Assembly: GCA_963813075.1 (NCBI GenBank) | Contig: CAWEXU010000016.1 | Location: 1-64,000 of the forward strand | Source: Methanotrichaceae archaeon | Lineage (GTDB): Archaea; Halobacteriota; Methanosarcinia; Methanotrichales; Methanotrichaceae | Direction: 5' to 3' | Length of the DNA stretch: 64,000 nt | In this document: in pieces, positions 19,567 to 29,686 of the stretch | Numbering within the stretch: position 1 is the first letter of the stretch | Layout: each line of letters begins with the position of its first letter | The notes under the pieces: generated by a model | The model's database searches: none | What the model was told of the DNA's origin: nothing | The model's input: the letters and a program-made list of their open reading frames with translations, nothing else | Made by a program: the position numbers and the translations under genes

Positions 19567-21418
19567 ATGACCAGCGATGTTCGCAATAAATCAATGGACC
19601 CAGCCTGCCAGGAGATGCTCCGCGCCTGCGAGAAGGCCGGCCTGGAGACGGCCTGGGATAGACTGGAGAAACAGCAGCCTCAATGCGGTTTTGGCGAGCT
19701 GGGCATATGCTGCAGAAACTGCAACATGGGACCCTGCCGAATTGATCCATTTGGGGAGGGAGCAAGCGCGGGCGTCTGCGGGGCCACAGCAGACATAATC
19801 GTGGCCAGAAACCTACTGCGGAGCATTGCCGCCGGGGCCGCCGCCCACTCCGACCACGGGAGGGATGTAGCCCATGCCTTCCAGATGATAGTGGAGGGCA
19901 AAGCCCCCTCCTACGGCATCAAGGACCAGGAGAAGCTCGACCGGCTGATGAAAGAGTACGGTGTGGACAGCCCTGCCCTGCTGGCCGCAGCCATATTGGC
20001 AGAATTCGGCAAGCAGGACGGCCCCATCCAGTTCACCCGCCGGGTCCCTCCCCAGAGGCTCGAGCTGTGGAAGAAGCTGGGAATCGACCCCCGGGGGGTG
20101 GACAGGGAGATCGTGGAATGCCTGCACCGAACCCACATGGGCGTGGACAACGACTATGTGAACCTCATTCTGCACGGCCTCGTACCAGCATCTCCGACGG
20201 CTGGGGAGGCTCCATGATCGCCACCGAGCTGCAGGATGTCATCTTCGGCACCCCTAAACCGATATTCTCTGAGGCCAACATGGGCGTCTTGAAACCCGAT
20301 CAGGTCAACATCATTGTGCACGGCCACGAGCCCCTGCTCTCGGAGATGATAGTTGCTGCGGCAACTGATCCGGAGATGATCGAGCTGGCGAGAAACGAAG
20401 GAGCGAAGGGGATCAACCTGGCCGGGATATGCTGCACGGCCAATGAGCTGCTCATGCGCCAGGGCGTCCCGGTAGCCGGCAACTTCCTCAGCCAGGAACT
20501 GATAATTGCCACCGGCGCGGTCGAGGCGATGGTGGTGGATGTGCAGTGCATCATGCCCGCCCTGGGCCCCCTGGCCGGCTGCTTCCATACCAAATTCATA
20601 TCCACCTCACCCAAAGCCAAGTTCCCCGGAGCGATCCACATGGAGTTCCATGAGGATACTGCTGGAGAGACGGCAAAAGAGATCGTCCGCACGGCGATCA
20701 AAAACTTCCGCCACCGCGATCCATCCCGCGTCCAGATCCCCGATATCAAAACCCGATGCATGGCCGGCTTCTCGGTGGAGGCGATAGTCTCCGCTTTAGG
20801 AGGTAGCCTTAGACCCGCTGATAGAGGCCATCAAGAGCGGCAGCATCCGGGGTATAGGTGCCGTGGTGGGCTGCAACAACCCCAAGGTCACCCAGGACTT
20901 CGGCCATATCGGCATGGTGCGGGAATTGATCAAGAACAACGTCCTGGTCCTCACCACAGGCTGCAATGCCCAGGCCTGCGCCAAAGCCGGCCTCCTCCAG
21001 CCGGAAGCAGCAGAGAAGGCAGGCGACGGCCTGAAGGCAGTCTGCCAGGCGCTGGGAGTGCCCCCGGTCCTCCATATGGGATCTTGCGTGGACATCAGCC
21101 GCATTCTGGTCGCTGCCGCCGCCCTGGCCAACGCCCTGGGAGTGGATATCAGCGACCTGCCGGCAGCAGGAGCCGCTCCGGAATGGATGAGCGAGAAAGC
21201 GGTATCCATCGGCGCATATGTGGTCAGCTCCGGGGTGTTCACCGTCCTGGGAACTGTGCCCCCGGTCATGGGAAGCAAAGCAGTGGCCGATCTCTCTCAC
21301 CTCCGGAGCGAAGGATGTGGTCGGAGCATGCTTTGCCGTGGAGCCGGATCCGGTGAAAGCCGCCAGCCTGATGATTGAGCATATCGATAGCCAGCGCAGG
21401 AAGCTGGGTTTGGCGTGA
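19567..21418 (+). CDS. cooS: Anaerobic Ni-CO dehydrogenase catalytic subunit; frameshifts near 20180, 20810 and 21295
   Basis: QCGFGELGICCRNCNMGPC, AHSDH, VHGHEP, GICCTANE, VDVQC, VVGCNN, TTGC, HMGSCVD, WMSEKA in order across four reading frames. Confidence 0.92.
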
Positions 21419-21943
21419 TTGCAGATGAAGGAGAATAAGGAGATATTCGTCCGCCTGGAGAGGTGCATGGGCTGCCGATCCTGCGAGATGGCCTGCGCGA
21501 TAGAGCACTCCGCCTCCAAGAGCCTTTTCGGCTCCATATCGGAGAAGCCTGTGCCCGTTCGCCTGCTCTATGTGGAGAAGGCGGAGGGCAGGAATGTGCC
21601 CATGATCTGCCGGCACTGCGAGGATGCTCCCTGCGTTGCCGTCTGCCGCACCGGAGCCCTGGTCCAGAATTCACTCACCGGAGTGGTGGAACGCAATGAA
21701 GAGAACTGTATCGGCTGCTGGATGTGCGCCATGATCTGCCCCTACGGGGTGGTGGGCCGGAAGAGCGAGGTGAGAATGGCGGTGAAATGCGACCGCTGCA
21801 GGGATCTGGATGTACCGGCCTGCGTTCAGGCCTGTCCCACCAGAGCCCTGGTCTATGCCAGCCAGAGGGAGTTCATGGAGATGATGAGAAAGGAGGCCGC
21901 AGCTCGCATAGCCCGCGAGGCCAGGGCTCTGGCCAGGGCATAA
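21419..21943 (+). CDS. cooF: 4x[4Fe-4S] electron-transfer protein, CooF-like
   Basis: CMGCRSCEMAC, CRHCEDAPCVAVC, CIGCWMCAMICP, KCDRC..PACVQACP; directly after cooS. Confidence 0.85.
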   Translation: MQMKENKEIFVRLERCMGCRSCEMACAIEHSASKSLFGSISEKPVPVRLLYVEKAEGRNVPMICRHCEDAPCVAVCRTGALVQNSLTGVVERNEENCIGCWMCAMICPYGVVGRKSEVRMAVKCDRCRDLDVPACVQACPTRALVYASQREFMEMMRKEAAARIAREARALARA

Positions 21944-21945
21944 AC

Positions 21946-21959
21946 TTTTTTTTATTTTT
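21946..21959 (+). terminator. Archaeal oligo-T terminator after cooF
   Basis: CTTTTTTTATTTTT a few nt after the stop codon. Confidence 0.5.
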
Positions 21960-21990
21960 CGCAGCACCTATTCTTCACGTCTCCTATTCT

Positions 21991-22206
21991 TCATGGTTCC
22001 TCCGCTCTCTCCGTGGCGTGGAATCTCTTTTCATGTGCTGCAATGGCATCCATTACAAGATCTCTGTATGCGGAAGTGGGAGGTTTTTTCAGGCCGATCA
22101 TCAGGAGATCTCTGACGACGTCGCTTTTGCTGCGGCCAGAGGCCAATATCCGCTTCTCGATCGCCTCCAAAACATCATCATCCACTAATACAGATAATTG
22201 TTTCAT
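21991..22206 (-). CDS. Ribbon-helix-helix (CopG-like) DNA-binding protein
   Basis: MKQLSVLVDDDVLEAIEKRILASGRSKSDVVRDLL: beta-strand, helix, GRSKS turn, helix. Confidence 0.75.
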   Translation of the reverse strand: MKQLSVLVDDDVLEAIEKRILASGRSKSDVVRDLLMIGLKKPPTSAYRDLVMDAIAAHEKRFHATERAEEP

Positions 22207-22251
22207 AAGACGATATAACATAATATTTGATTGATAAAGTTTTCGTAGTGT

Positions 22252-22312
22252 CTGCAGATTACGGCTGCAGATACGGCTATGGATATGGCTGTGGATATGG
22301 CAGAAGATGCGG
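22252..22312. repeat. Five about 12-bp direct repeats between the divergent RHH and acs promoters
   Basis: ctgcagattacgg ctgcagatacgg ctatggatatgg ctgtggatatgg cagaagatgcgg. Confidence 0.8.
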
Positions 22313-22344
22313 CTGAAATGATGTCTCTGTTCAGATGATGACCG

Positions 22345-22352
22345 TTTAAATA
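22345..22352 (+). promoter_or_regulatory. Putative TATA box of acs
   Basis: TTTAAATA about 46 nt upstream of the ATG at 22399. Confidence 0.5.
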
Positions 22353-22398
22353 GAGATGGAGCGCAATCCTAATATACCATAATAAGTTATGTTATACT

Positions 22399-24386
22399 AT
22401 GAAATCGGATACGGCAAAAACGGCTGTTCTCCAGGAAGAGACAAGGATTTTCACTACACCGCAATGGATTATTGAGCACTCGAATTCGTATCAGTGGATG
22501 AAGAATAAAGGGCTTCAAGACTGAGGATGAAATGCGCAAGTGGTGCTCGGACAATTACATAGAATTCTGGGATGAGATGGCCAAGACCTACGTCGATTGG
22601 TATCAAACCCTATACCCAGATTCTTGACGATTCCGAAAAGCCCTATTACAAGTGGTTTACTGACGGCAAGATCAATGTGGCCTACAATGCAGTCGACAGG
22701 CACGCCCACTCCGAGAAACGCAACAAAGTAGCTTACTACTTCGTAGGCGAGCCTGTGGGGGATACAAGAGCTATCACCTACTATCAGCTCTATAGAGAAG
22801 TCAACAAGCTGGCCAACGCCCTCAAGAGCGTGGGAGTAGAAAAGGGAGACCGAGTTGTAACCTACCTCCCTATGATTGCAGAGCAGCCCATCACCATGCT
22901 GGCCTGCGCCAAGATCGGAGCTATTCATACCCTGGTGTTCTCTGGGTTCTCCTCAGGCGGCCTGGCCAGCAGGGTCAACGATGCCGAGGCCAAGGTCGTC
23001 GTCACTGCCGACGGCTTCTACAGGCGCGGAAAGCCCCTGCCCCTCAAGCCTAATGTCGATGAGGCCTTGAAGAACTCACCCTCTGTGAAGAAGGTGATAG
23101 TAGTAAAGAGGACGGGAGTCTCTGTGCCCATGACTGAGGGCCGAGATGTCTATTATGACGATTTCGTAGCTGGCCAGTCCGCAAAATGTGAAACAGTACC
23201 CCTTGATCCAGAGGACAGGCTGTTCATTCTCTACACCTCCGGCACAACCGGCAAGCCCAAGGGTATTGAGCACGCTCACGGCGGATACGCGGTTGGTGCA
23301 GCCCAGACAACCTCCTGGGTGCTGGATGTCCACGATGATGATGTCTACTGGTGCACGGCTGATGCAGGCTGGATCACCGGACACTCCTATGTGATCTACG
23401 GTCCGCTGATCCTGGGTGCCTCCAGCATCCTGTACGAAGGCTCTCCCGACTTCCCGGATCTGGGCCGCTGGTGGTCCATCATTGAGGAGTATGGCGTCTC
23501 TGTATTCTACAGCGCACCCACTGCGGTTCGGATGTTTATGAAATCAGGTGAAGAATTCGTCAAGAAGTATGACCTGTCCTCCATCAGAATTCTGGCATCT
23601 GTAGGCGAGCCGCTCAATCCAGAGGCCTACATATGGTTCAGAAAGAACATAGGCTCCGACCAGGCTCCGATCATGGACACCTGGTGGCAGACCGAGACAG
23701 GATGCCATGTGGTTGCACCGCTGGCAATGACACCTGAGAAGCCGGGTTCAGTCTGCTTCCCGCTGCCCGGCATGAACACCGATATCTACGACGAGGATGC
23801 CAACTCGGTCCCACTGGGCTACGGGGGCAATATCGTCCAAACGGCTCCCTGGCCGTCCATGCTCCGCGCCTTCTTCAGAGATGAGGTCCGGTACAAGAAG
23901 GAGTACTGGGAAATGTACTGGCAGGCCAAGCCCGGCACATACCTGGCAGGAGATAAGGCCACCCGCGACAAGGACGGATACTGGTGGATCCAGGGCAGAA
24001 TAGATGATGTGCTGAAGGTTGCAGGGCATAGAATCTCCAACGCAGAGGTTGAGTCCGCCGCAGTATCTCACCCCAAGGTCGCCGAGGCGGCTGTTATCGG
24101 TGAGCCCGATGAGGTCAAGGGCGAGAAGATCGTTGCATTCATCATCCTCAAGGAAGGAGTCAATGAAGAGGAGTCGCTCAAAAAGGAGATCTCCACTCAC
24201 GTAAGGAAGGTCCTGGGCCCGGTTGCTTATCCGGACAAGGTTTATTTCGTCAAGGATGTGCCCAAGACCAGGTCCGGCAAGATCATGCGCCGCGTCATCA
24301 AGGCTAAGGCGCTGGGAAAGGATACGGGTGACGTGTCAGCACTATCCAATCCGGAGGCGGTAAGCAGCATACCACAGATCAATTAG
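22399..24386 (+). CDS. acs: AMP-forming acetyl-CoA synthetase; two +1 frameshifts in the 5' end (near 22512 and 22602)
   Basis: [53 protein letters not shown]; 5' part reconstructs as [18 protein letters not shown]...[29 protein letters not shown]. Confidence 0.95.
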
Positions 24387-24461
24387 CCGGAAACCATACC
24401 TCCTTTTTTTCGCCGCTGAAACGAGCCTTTTTCGTGAAATCTGCAACATCCAAACTTGCTA

Positions 24462-24509
24462 TGCCCAATCTGCTCTATGTCCAAACTACACTTTGCCCAA
24501 TCTACACTA
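24462..24509. repeat. Three 16-bp tandem repeats overlapping the stop codon of the GvpD-like gene
   Basis: tgcccaatctgctcta tgtccaaactacactt tgcccaatctacacta. Confidence 0.7.
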
Positions 24510-25872
24510 TGGGAGTCAGGCTGATCAGGTTCCTGTCCTCCAGCAGCATATTGTAGGGCTCGGTTCTGGGTATGACCCCATACAGGCAGAGCCCTCCATT
24601 CAGCTCATTTACCAGGAAATAGGTGTCAGCAGTGTGAATAGCCATGTTCATGCTCTCCTGGCCGCTTTTCACCACCAGCACATTGATGTCGTTGGTCTCC
24701 TTCCAGTTTCGGATCATGAGGTTGGTCAGGTTCAGCGATGCCTTATAGCCGAAGGAGAACTCAATTGAGTCCAGGCCGATTATGTTCAGAATGGGCCGGC
24801 CGGTCCTTTCCCGCAAAGCATCCCACTTCTCCAGCAGCTCCTTTCCCCAGGCTTTTGGGTCATCTCCTTCCGGCTGGGAGACGATGACATTGGTGGGCAC
24901 GAAGATGTCCCGGGAGCTGAGCTGATAGCCGATGCTGGGGAGGATGAACACCCCCCTGCCGTTCTTGATGGCATTTGAGGCCAGGGCGGTCAGGATCTGG
25001 TAGTACCTCTTGCCCACGCCGTGGTCTATCTCCAGGACGTTGCACGAGCCGTACTTCAGGCCGCCGGTGACGATATCCAGGTCTGGGATGCCGGTAGAGA
25101 TCCGGTCTTCAGAGGGATCAGGAACCCTCACCCCATCGCTCGCTATTCGCGCATCATTATGCTCCCGGTAGGGCTCGAAGAACCTGAACCGGCCGTTGTG
25201 CAATGTGACGGTATAGGTCTTCTGATTTATCTGGACTCCGCGCAGCTTTTCCAGCTTGATCTGCCGGAAGTAGCGGGTCCTCATATTCCCTTCTGTATGG
25301 CCGGGCAGGTTGAACTGCTCCATGGTCACCACCCCGTCGACGATATAGTCCAGGGGCATCACATTGGCGAACTCGGATACGAAGATGAGGTGAGTGTCCA
25401 GATCGCGGGCGAACTCACAGATGTTCTGCTCGAAGCTATGCTGAGATGTGCCGATCAGGTGGGAGGTATAATTCAGCACTGCATCCCAGCTGTCGATGAT
25501 GATCATCGGATCGTCCATCTCCTCCGTCTCCTCGAAGAAGACCCGGAAGAAGTCCAGGACAGCATAGTAGTTGGAGAGGTCCTTGCCCATCTTTCTCAGG
25601 CTCTCTAAGAGTTTGGTTTGAGTGGCATTGACCACATTCCTGGGAACGAGCACCTCTTCGACCCAGGGATTGGTGGCATACAGCCGGCGCGGGTCCACTC
25701 GGGTGGATATGTACACCCCGTTTCTCTCCTGGCACAGGCTGCTCATGATCTCCAGGGCCAGGGTGGTCTTGCCCGTTCCCGGCATTCCCTTGATCAGCAG
25801 CGTCTGGCCTTTATCGACATGGAAGAAGTCTCTGATCTCCTTTGGTATGGAGGTCTGCTCACTGCTCTGCAT
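24502..25872 (-). CDS. KaiC/RecA-superfamily double-domain ATPase, GvpD-like
   Basis: GMPGTGKTT Walker A, IIDSWD Walker B, LDYIVDGVV, KLRG; the second domain starts ISTGIPDLD with a degenerate P-loop (HGVGKRY). Confidence 0.8.
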   Translation of the reverse strand: MQSSEQTSIPKEIRDFFHVDKGQTLLIKGMPGTGKTTLALEIMSSLCQERNGVYISTRVDPRRLYATNPWVEEVLVPRNVVNATQTKLLESLRKMGKDLSNYYAVLDFFRVFFEETEEMDDPMIIIDSWDAVLNYTSHLIGTSQHSFEQNICEFARDLDTHLIFVSEFANVMPLDYIVDGVVTMEQFNLPGHTEGNMRTRYFRQIKLEKLRGVQINQKTYTVTLHNGRFRFFEPYREHNDARIASDGVRVPDPSEDRISTGIPDLDIVTGGLKYGSCNVLEIDHGVGKRYYQILTALASNAIKNGRGVFILPSIGYQLSSRDIFVPTNVIVSQPEGDDPKAWGKELLEKWDALRERTGRPILNIIGLDSIEFSFGYKASLNLTNLMIRNWKETNDINVLVVKSGQESMNMAIHTADTYFLVNELNGGLCLYGVIPRTEPYNMLLEDRNLISLTPIV

Positions 25873-25877
25873 ATATT

Positions 25878-26264
25878 CTATCCTCCATCAACTCTGTCTG
25901 AGGTATCACAGGCGCATTTCCTGGCGCGCTTCATCAGCTGGCATATCTGTTCCGATTTAACCCGAAATGAAAAGTAGACCGTCTCATCCTCGCCATTATG
26001 AAAATCTATGTCCATCATGGGAAGGGCCTCCACCTTCATCGTCCCCTCCTGTTCTTCCCCATGCTTCGCGCTCGTGCTCCTCGTCCTCCAGAGCTTGGAA
26101 GGTCCCACCTCCACGAACTCGACCTCCCCTTCAGAGCTGAGCACAGAGAGATATTTTATCACCGTGGTCTTGCTGACTCCCGCCTTCTTGGCCACATCAA
26201 CCGTGGTTAAGCCCACCTCAGACTCACCTATGACTTCCAGAATCCTTTCCTTGTATGAGGCCAT
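25878..26264 (-). CDS. Winged-HTH DNA-binding protein
   Basis: LTTVDVAKKAGVSKTTVIKYLSVL..EGEV...VGPSKLW; 5 nt from the ATPase start. Confidence 0.8.
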   Translation of the reverse strand: MASYKERILEVIGESEVGLTTVDVAKKAGVSKTTVIKYLSVLSSEGEVEFVEVGPSKLWRTRSTSAKHGEEQEGTMKVEALPMMDIDFHNGEDETVYFSFRVKSEQICQLMKRARKCACDTSDRVDGG

Positions 26265-26469
26265 TTAGAGCCACCAACTCCTTGTATGACCAAATTCTTG
26301 TGGAGTGATTACCATTTAATGATCACGCATACCTATCATCTATCATGATATTTCAATTTTTCATATAGCTAACTGAACGCTGAGCAATATTCTCAGGCAA
26401 AAATTCGAAAAAATTATATGCTGATCGATCAATTCCCAGATCAGCAGGACGAAGATCTAGAGGAGATAT

Positions 26470-27090
26470 ATGGCAGAGGAAGGGAAAGATAACAACCAGG
26501 TGTCTATGGATCAGGGATATCTGGATTCCTGGCCGCCGGTGCGGGGCGAGTACCGGCTGGGCGACCCCAGATCAAGTGTGGCGGTGGTCACTCTGGCCAG
26601 CAACTTTTATCCCCGGGGTGCTGCCATATCCGGCCCCTGTAAGACCGAAAACCTGGGCCTGGAGAAGATCGTGGCCAATGTCATCAGCAACAGCAACATA
26701 AGAGTGCTCATTCTCTGCGGAGCGGAGTCCAAGGGCCATCTGCCGGGCAATACCCTACTTGCTCTGCACAAGAATGGCATCGACGAGAATGGGAGGATTA
26801 TCGGATCGAAGGGAGCAATACCATTCATCCAGAACCTCTCCCGTGAGGCTATCGAGCGCTTTAATAGGCAGGTGGAACTGGTGGACAGGATCGGCCTGGA
26901 GGACATCGAAGAGATCGAGAGGCTGGTCTCCCAATACAACCACCAAGCAGAGCCTTTTCCCGAGGAGCCCTACCAGGTGTTCAAGAGAAAGGCGGCCCGC
27001 CAGGAGATTTTATCAGGCGACAGCGACCTATTCTTTGGGGAAGGGGTCAGCATGGACACTGGCAGTTGGATGGTAGCGTCCGAGGTATGA
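26470..27090 (+). CDS. mtxA: Soluble MtrA paralog (corrinoid protein), MtxA-like
   Basis: [42 protein letters not shown] (corrinoid His), GAIPFI; no C-terminal membrane anchor. Confidence 0.85.
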   Translation: MAEEGKDNNQVSMDQGYLDSWPPVRGEYRLGDPRSSVAVVTLASNFYPRGAAISGPCKTENLGLEKIVANVISNSNIRVLILCGAESKGHLPGNTLLALHKNGIDENGRIIGSKGAIPFIQNLSREAIERFNRQVELVDRIGLEDIEEIERLVSQYNHQAEPFPEEPYQVFKRKAARQEILSGDSDLFFGEGVSMDTGSWMVASEV

Positions 27091-27094
27091 GATA

Positions 27095-28018
27095 ATGTTC
27101 CGTTTCAAGAATGAGCAGTCGATAGTGAATGTGGCCGGGGTGAGGTTTGGAGGCCAGCCAGGATCGCTGCCCACCGTCCTCTGCGGCACCATCTTCTATC
27201 AGGGGCACAGGATTGTAGAGGACGATGAACGGGGCATATTCGATCATGCCGCCGCGGAGAGGCTGGTCATCCGCCAGGCAGAGCTCTCCGGGGAGACTGG
27301 ATGCCCTGCTGTTCTGCATATCTATGCCCGCACCATACCCGCCCTCCTGAAGTACCTGGATTTTGCTGAGACGGTCTGGTCAGGGCCCTTTATCATCGAC
27401 TCGGTGGAGAGCAGCACCCGCTCTGTTGCCCTATCGGTGCTCTCGGAGATGGGCTATGCGGACAAGGCCATCTATAACAGCATAAGCCTGGCCACCGATG
27501 AGGCCGAGGCCGGGGCACTGCAGGATTTTGAGGTTGACAGCGCCATCGTTCTCGCCTACAACCCCGGCGAGCCGGGGGTGGAAGGAGCGATGCAGATCCT
27601 CGAGACGGGAGGAATGGTAAAGGAAGAGGGACTGATACCCCTGGCAAAGAGGCTTGGGATCAGCAACATTCTCATCGATCCAGGGGTGGTGCCATTGGGC
27701 AGCGGAGCAGGATCAGCTCTGCGCTTTTCCGTGGTTGCCAAATCGCGCCTGGGACTTCCAGTGGGCTCGGGAATTCACAATGCCGTCAGCTCCTGGCAGT
27801 GGCTGAGAGAGAAAGAGAGGACCACCCGGAAATGCTGCGATGCCGCTGCCGCCTGCATGCAGCTTGCTATGGGGGGCGACTTTCTCCTCTACGGCCCCAT
27901 AGAGAGCTGTGAGGTCATCTTCCCGGCTGCGGCAATGGCCGATATTCTGGTGGCTGAGGCGGTAAGGGATCTGGAGATCTATCCCGAGGCCACTCATCCC
28001 CTCTTCCGCCTGGTCTAA
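27095..28018 (+). CDS. mtxH: MtrH paralog methyltransferase, MtxH-like
   Basis: MFRFKNEQ, GGQPG.LPTVL.GTIFY..H, IYNSI, PVGSGIHN, DFLLYGPIE; not in an mtrEDCBAFGH operon. Confidence 0.85.
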   Translation: MFRFKNEQSIVNVAGVRFGGQPGSLPTVLCGTIFYQGHRIVEDDERGIFDHAAAERLVIRQAELSGETGCPAVLHIYARTIPALLKYLDFAETVWSGPFIIDSVESSTRSVALSVLSEMGYADKAIYNSISLATDEAEAGALQDFEVDSAIVLAYNPGEPGVEGAMQILETGGMVKEEGLIPLAKRLGISNILIDPGVVPLGSGAGSALRFSVVAKSRLGLPVGSGIHNAVSSWQWLREKERTTRKCCDAAAACMQLAMGGDFLLYGPIESCEVIFPAAAMADILVAEAVRDLEIYPEATHPLFRLV

Positions 28019-28074
28019 TTTTTTTATCGGGGATTTTTGGAAAGGATTATTACCCGCGAGGAAGTGTCCAGTGC

Positions 28075-29259
28075 ATGTATCTGTCTCGCGATGAAGAGGC
28101 CATATACCGGGGAGATAAGGGTGAGACCCTCCGCCGGATGATGGAGATCCTGGTGGCTTTAGGCGACATTTATGGGGCAGAGAAGCTGGTCCCTGTGAGG
28201 TCGGTTCAGATCGCCGGGGTCTCCTACAAGACTATCGGAGACGCCGGCCTGGAATGGATATCCGATCTTGTGGGCCAGGTGGTGGTGCCCAGCATTCTGA
28301 ATCCTGCCGGGATGGACCTTCTTCGCTACAAAGAGATGGGAATCAGCCAGGAGTTTGCCAATAAGCAGCAGGAGACGATCGAGGCCTACCGCCGGCTGGG
28401 TGTGACGGTTGACTGCACCTGCACCCCCTATCAGATATACGATCGCCTGGCAAGCCGGGGCGATCACCTGGCCTGGAGCGAGTCCTCAGCAGTCTCTTAT
28501 GCCAACTCCGTTATCGGTGCCCGAACCAATCGGGAGGGAGGACCCTCTGCCCTGGCCGCGGCCCTGATCGGCAAGACCGCTCTATATGGCTACCACCTGG
28601 ATTCCAACCGGATGCCAACTCATCTGGTCAAGGTGAACGCTGACCTTCAGGGCTCTGACTATGGTGCCCTGGGATTTCTGGTGGGAAAAGAAGTGGGTGA
28701 TGGAGTTCCTCGCTTCCGTCTTCGCTCTATACCCCGCAGGGATGAACTGAAGGCCCTGGGGGCGGCACTGGCAGCCAGCGGCTCAGTGGCCCTTTACTAT
28801 GTGGATGGAGCGACTCCTGCTCCGCCCGCGCCTGGAGCAGATGAAGTGGCTTATGAGTCCATCAATATTGAGAAGGAGGAGATCGAGGCGGTCTACAGCG
28901 AGCATAGCGGATCGGATGCGGATATAGTGGCCCTGGGCTGTCCTCACTGCTCTCGAGAGGAGCTGGAGAGGATCGCCGATCTCCTGGACGGGCAGAAGGT
29001 GGCAAAGGAGATGTGGATCTATACCGCCCGGAAGATCAGGGATGCCTGTCCCGATCTGGTGGAAAGGATAGAATCCTCCGGGGCCAGGGTATTTTGCGAT
29101 ACCTGCATGGTGGTCTCACCGGCCACAGAGGGATACAGAAAGATGATGGTCAACTCCGGCAAGGCTCTGGTCTACCTGCCCGGCCTGGGGGGAGTGGATG
29201 CCGCCTTCGGCAGCCTGGATGAGTGCGTGGATGTTGCCCTGGGGAGGAATAGATCATGA
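28075..29259 (+). CDS. Aconitase X large subunit (phosphomevalonate dehydratase)
   Basis: GVSYKTIG, CTCTPY, AWSESSA, GARTNREGG, GCPH, DTCMVVSP, NSGK. Confidence 0.9.
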   Translation: MYLSRDEEAIYRGDKGETLRRMMEILVALGDIYGAEKLVPVRSVQIAGVSYKTIGDAGLEWISDLVGQVVVPSILNPAGMDLLRYKEMGISQEFANKQQETIEAYRRLGVTVDCTCTPYQIYDRLASRGDHLAWSESSAVSYANSVIGARTNREGGPSALAAALIGKTALYGYHLDSNRMPTHLVKVNADLQGSDYGALGFLVGKEVGDGVPRFRLRSIPRRDELKALGAALAASGSVALYYVDGATPAPPAPGADEVAYESINIEKEEIEAVYSEHSGSDADIVALGCPHCSREELERIADLLDGQKVAKEMWIYTARKIRDACPDLVERIESSGARVFCDTCMVVSPATEGYRKMMVNSGKALVYLPGLGGVDAAFGSLDECVDVALGRNRS

Positions 29260-29657
29260 AGGAGATTCCATGCCACAAAGTGGCTTCCGGCAAAGCCCGA
29301 GGCCCCGCTCTGGTAACGGGAATGGCCATCTCATTTCTGGGCAATGTCGATCCGAAAACGGGTGTGGTCGTCGACCCCGGCCACGAGCTGTTCGGCCAGA
29401 AGATCAGCGGCAAGGTGCTCATATTCCCTGGGGGAAAGGGCTCTACCGTGGGCTCATATGTCATCTACCAGCTAAAGAAGAAAGGTCTGGCCCCGGCGGC
29501 CATGATCAACCTCCTCTCCGAGCCGATTGTGGCGGTGGGCGCCATCATCAGCGGCATCCCTCTGGTAGATCGGGTGCCAGAAAAGATCATGCAGGTGAAG
29601 AGCGGAACCTGCATCGAGGTCGACTCAACCCAGGAGCGCATCAGGATCTTTGATTAG
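29256..29657 (+). CDS. Aconitase X small (swivel, DUF126) subunit
   Basis: ISFLGNVDPKTG, GKGSTVGS, GAIISGIP; ATGA overlap with the large subunit. Confidence 0.9.
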   Translation: MKEIPCHKVASGKARGPALVTGMAISFLGNVDPKTGVVVDPGHELFGQKISGKVLIFPGGKGSTVGSYVIYQLKKKGLAPAAMINLLSEPIVAVGAIISGIPLVDRVPEKIMQVKSGTCIEVDSTQERIRIFD

Positions 29658-29686
29658 ATCTGAAAATAATCTGAATATAGTCTGAA

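Noticed and set aside
19567..24386. cooS and acs as true pseudogenes or programmed frameshifts
   Set aside because: Catalytic motifs are intact, there are no consistent slippery sites, and similar indels occur across the window
24502..25872. Gas vesicle cluster or circadian clock
   Set aside because: No gvpA/N/etc. and no kaiA/kaiB in the window
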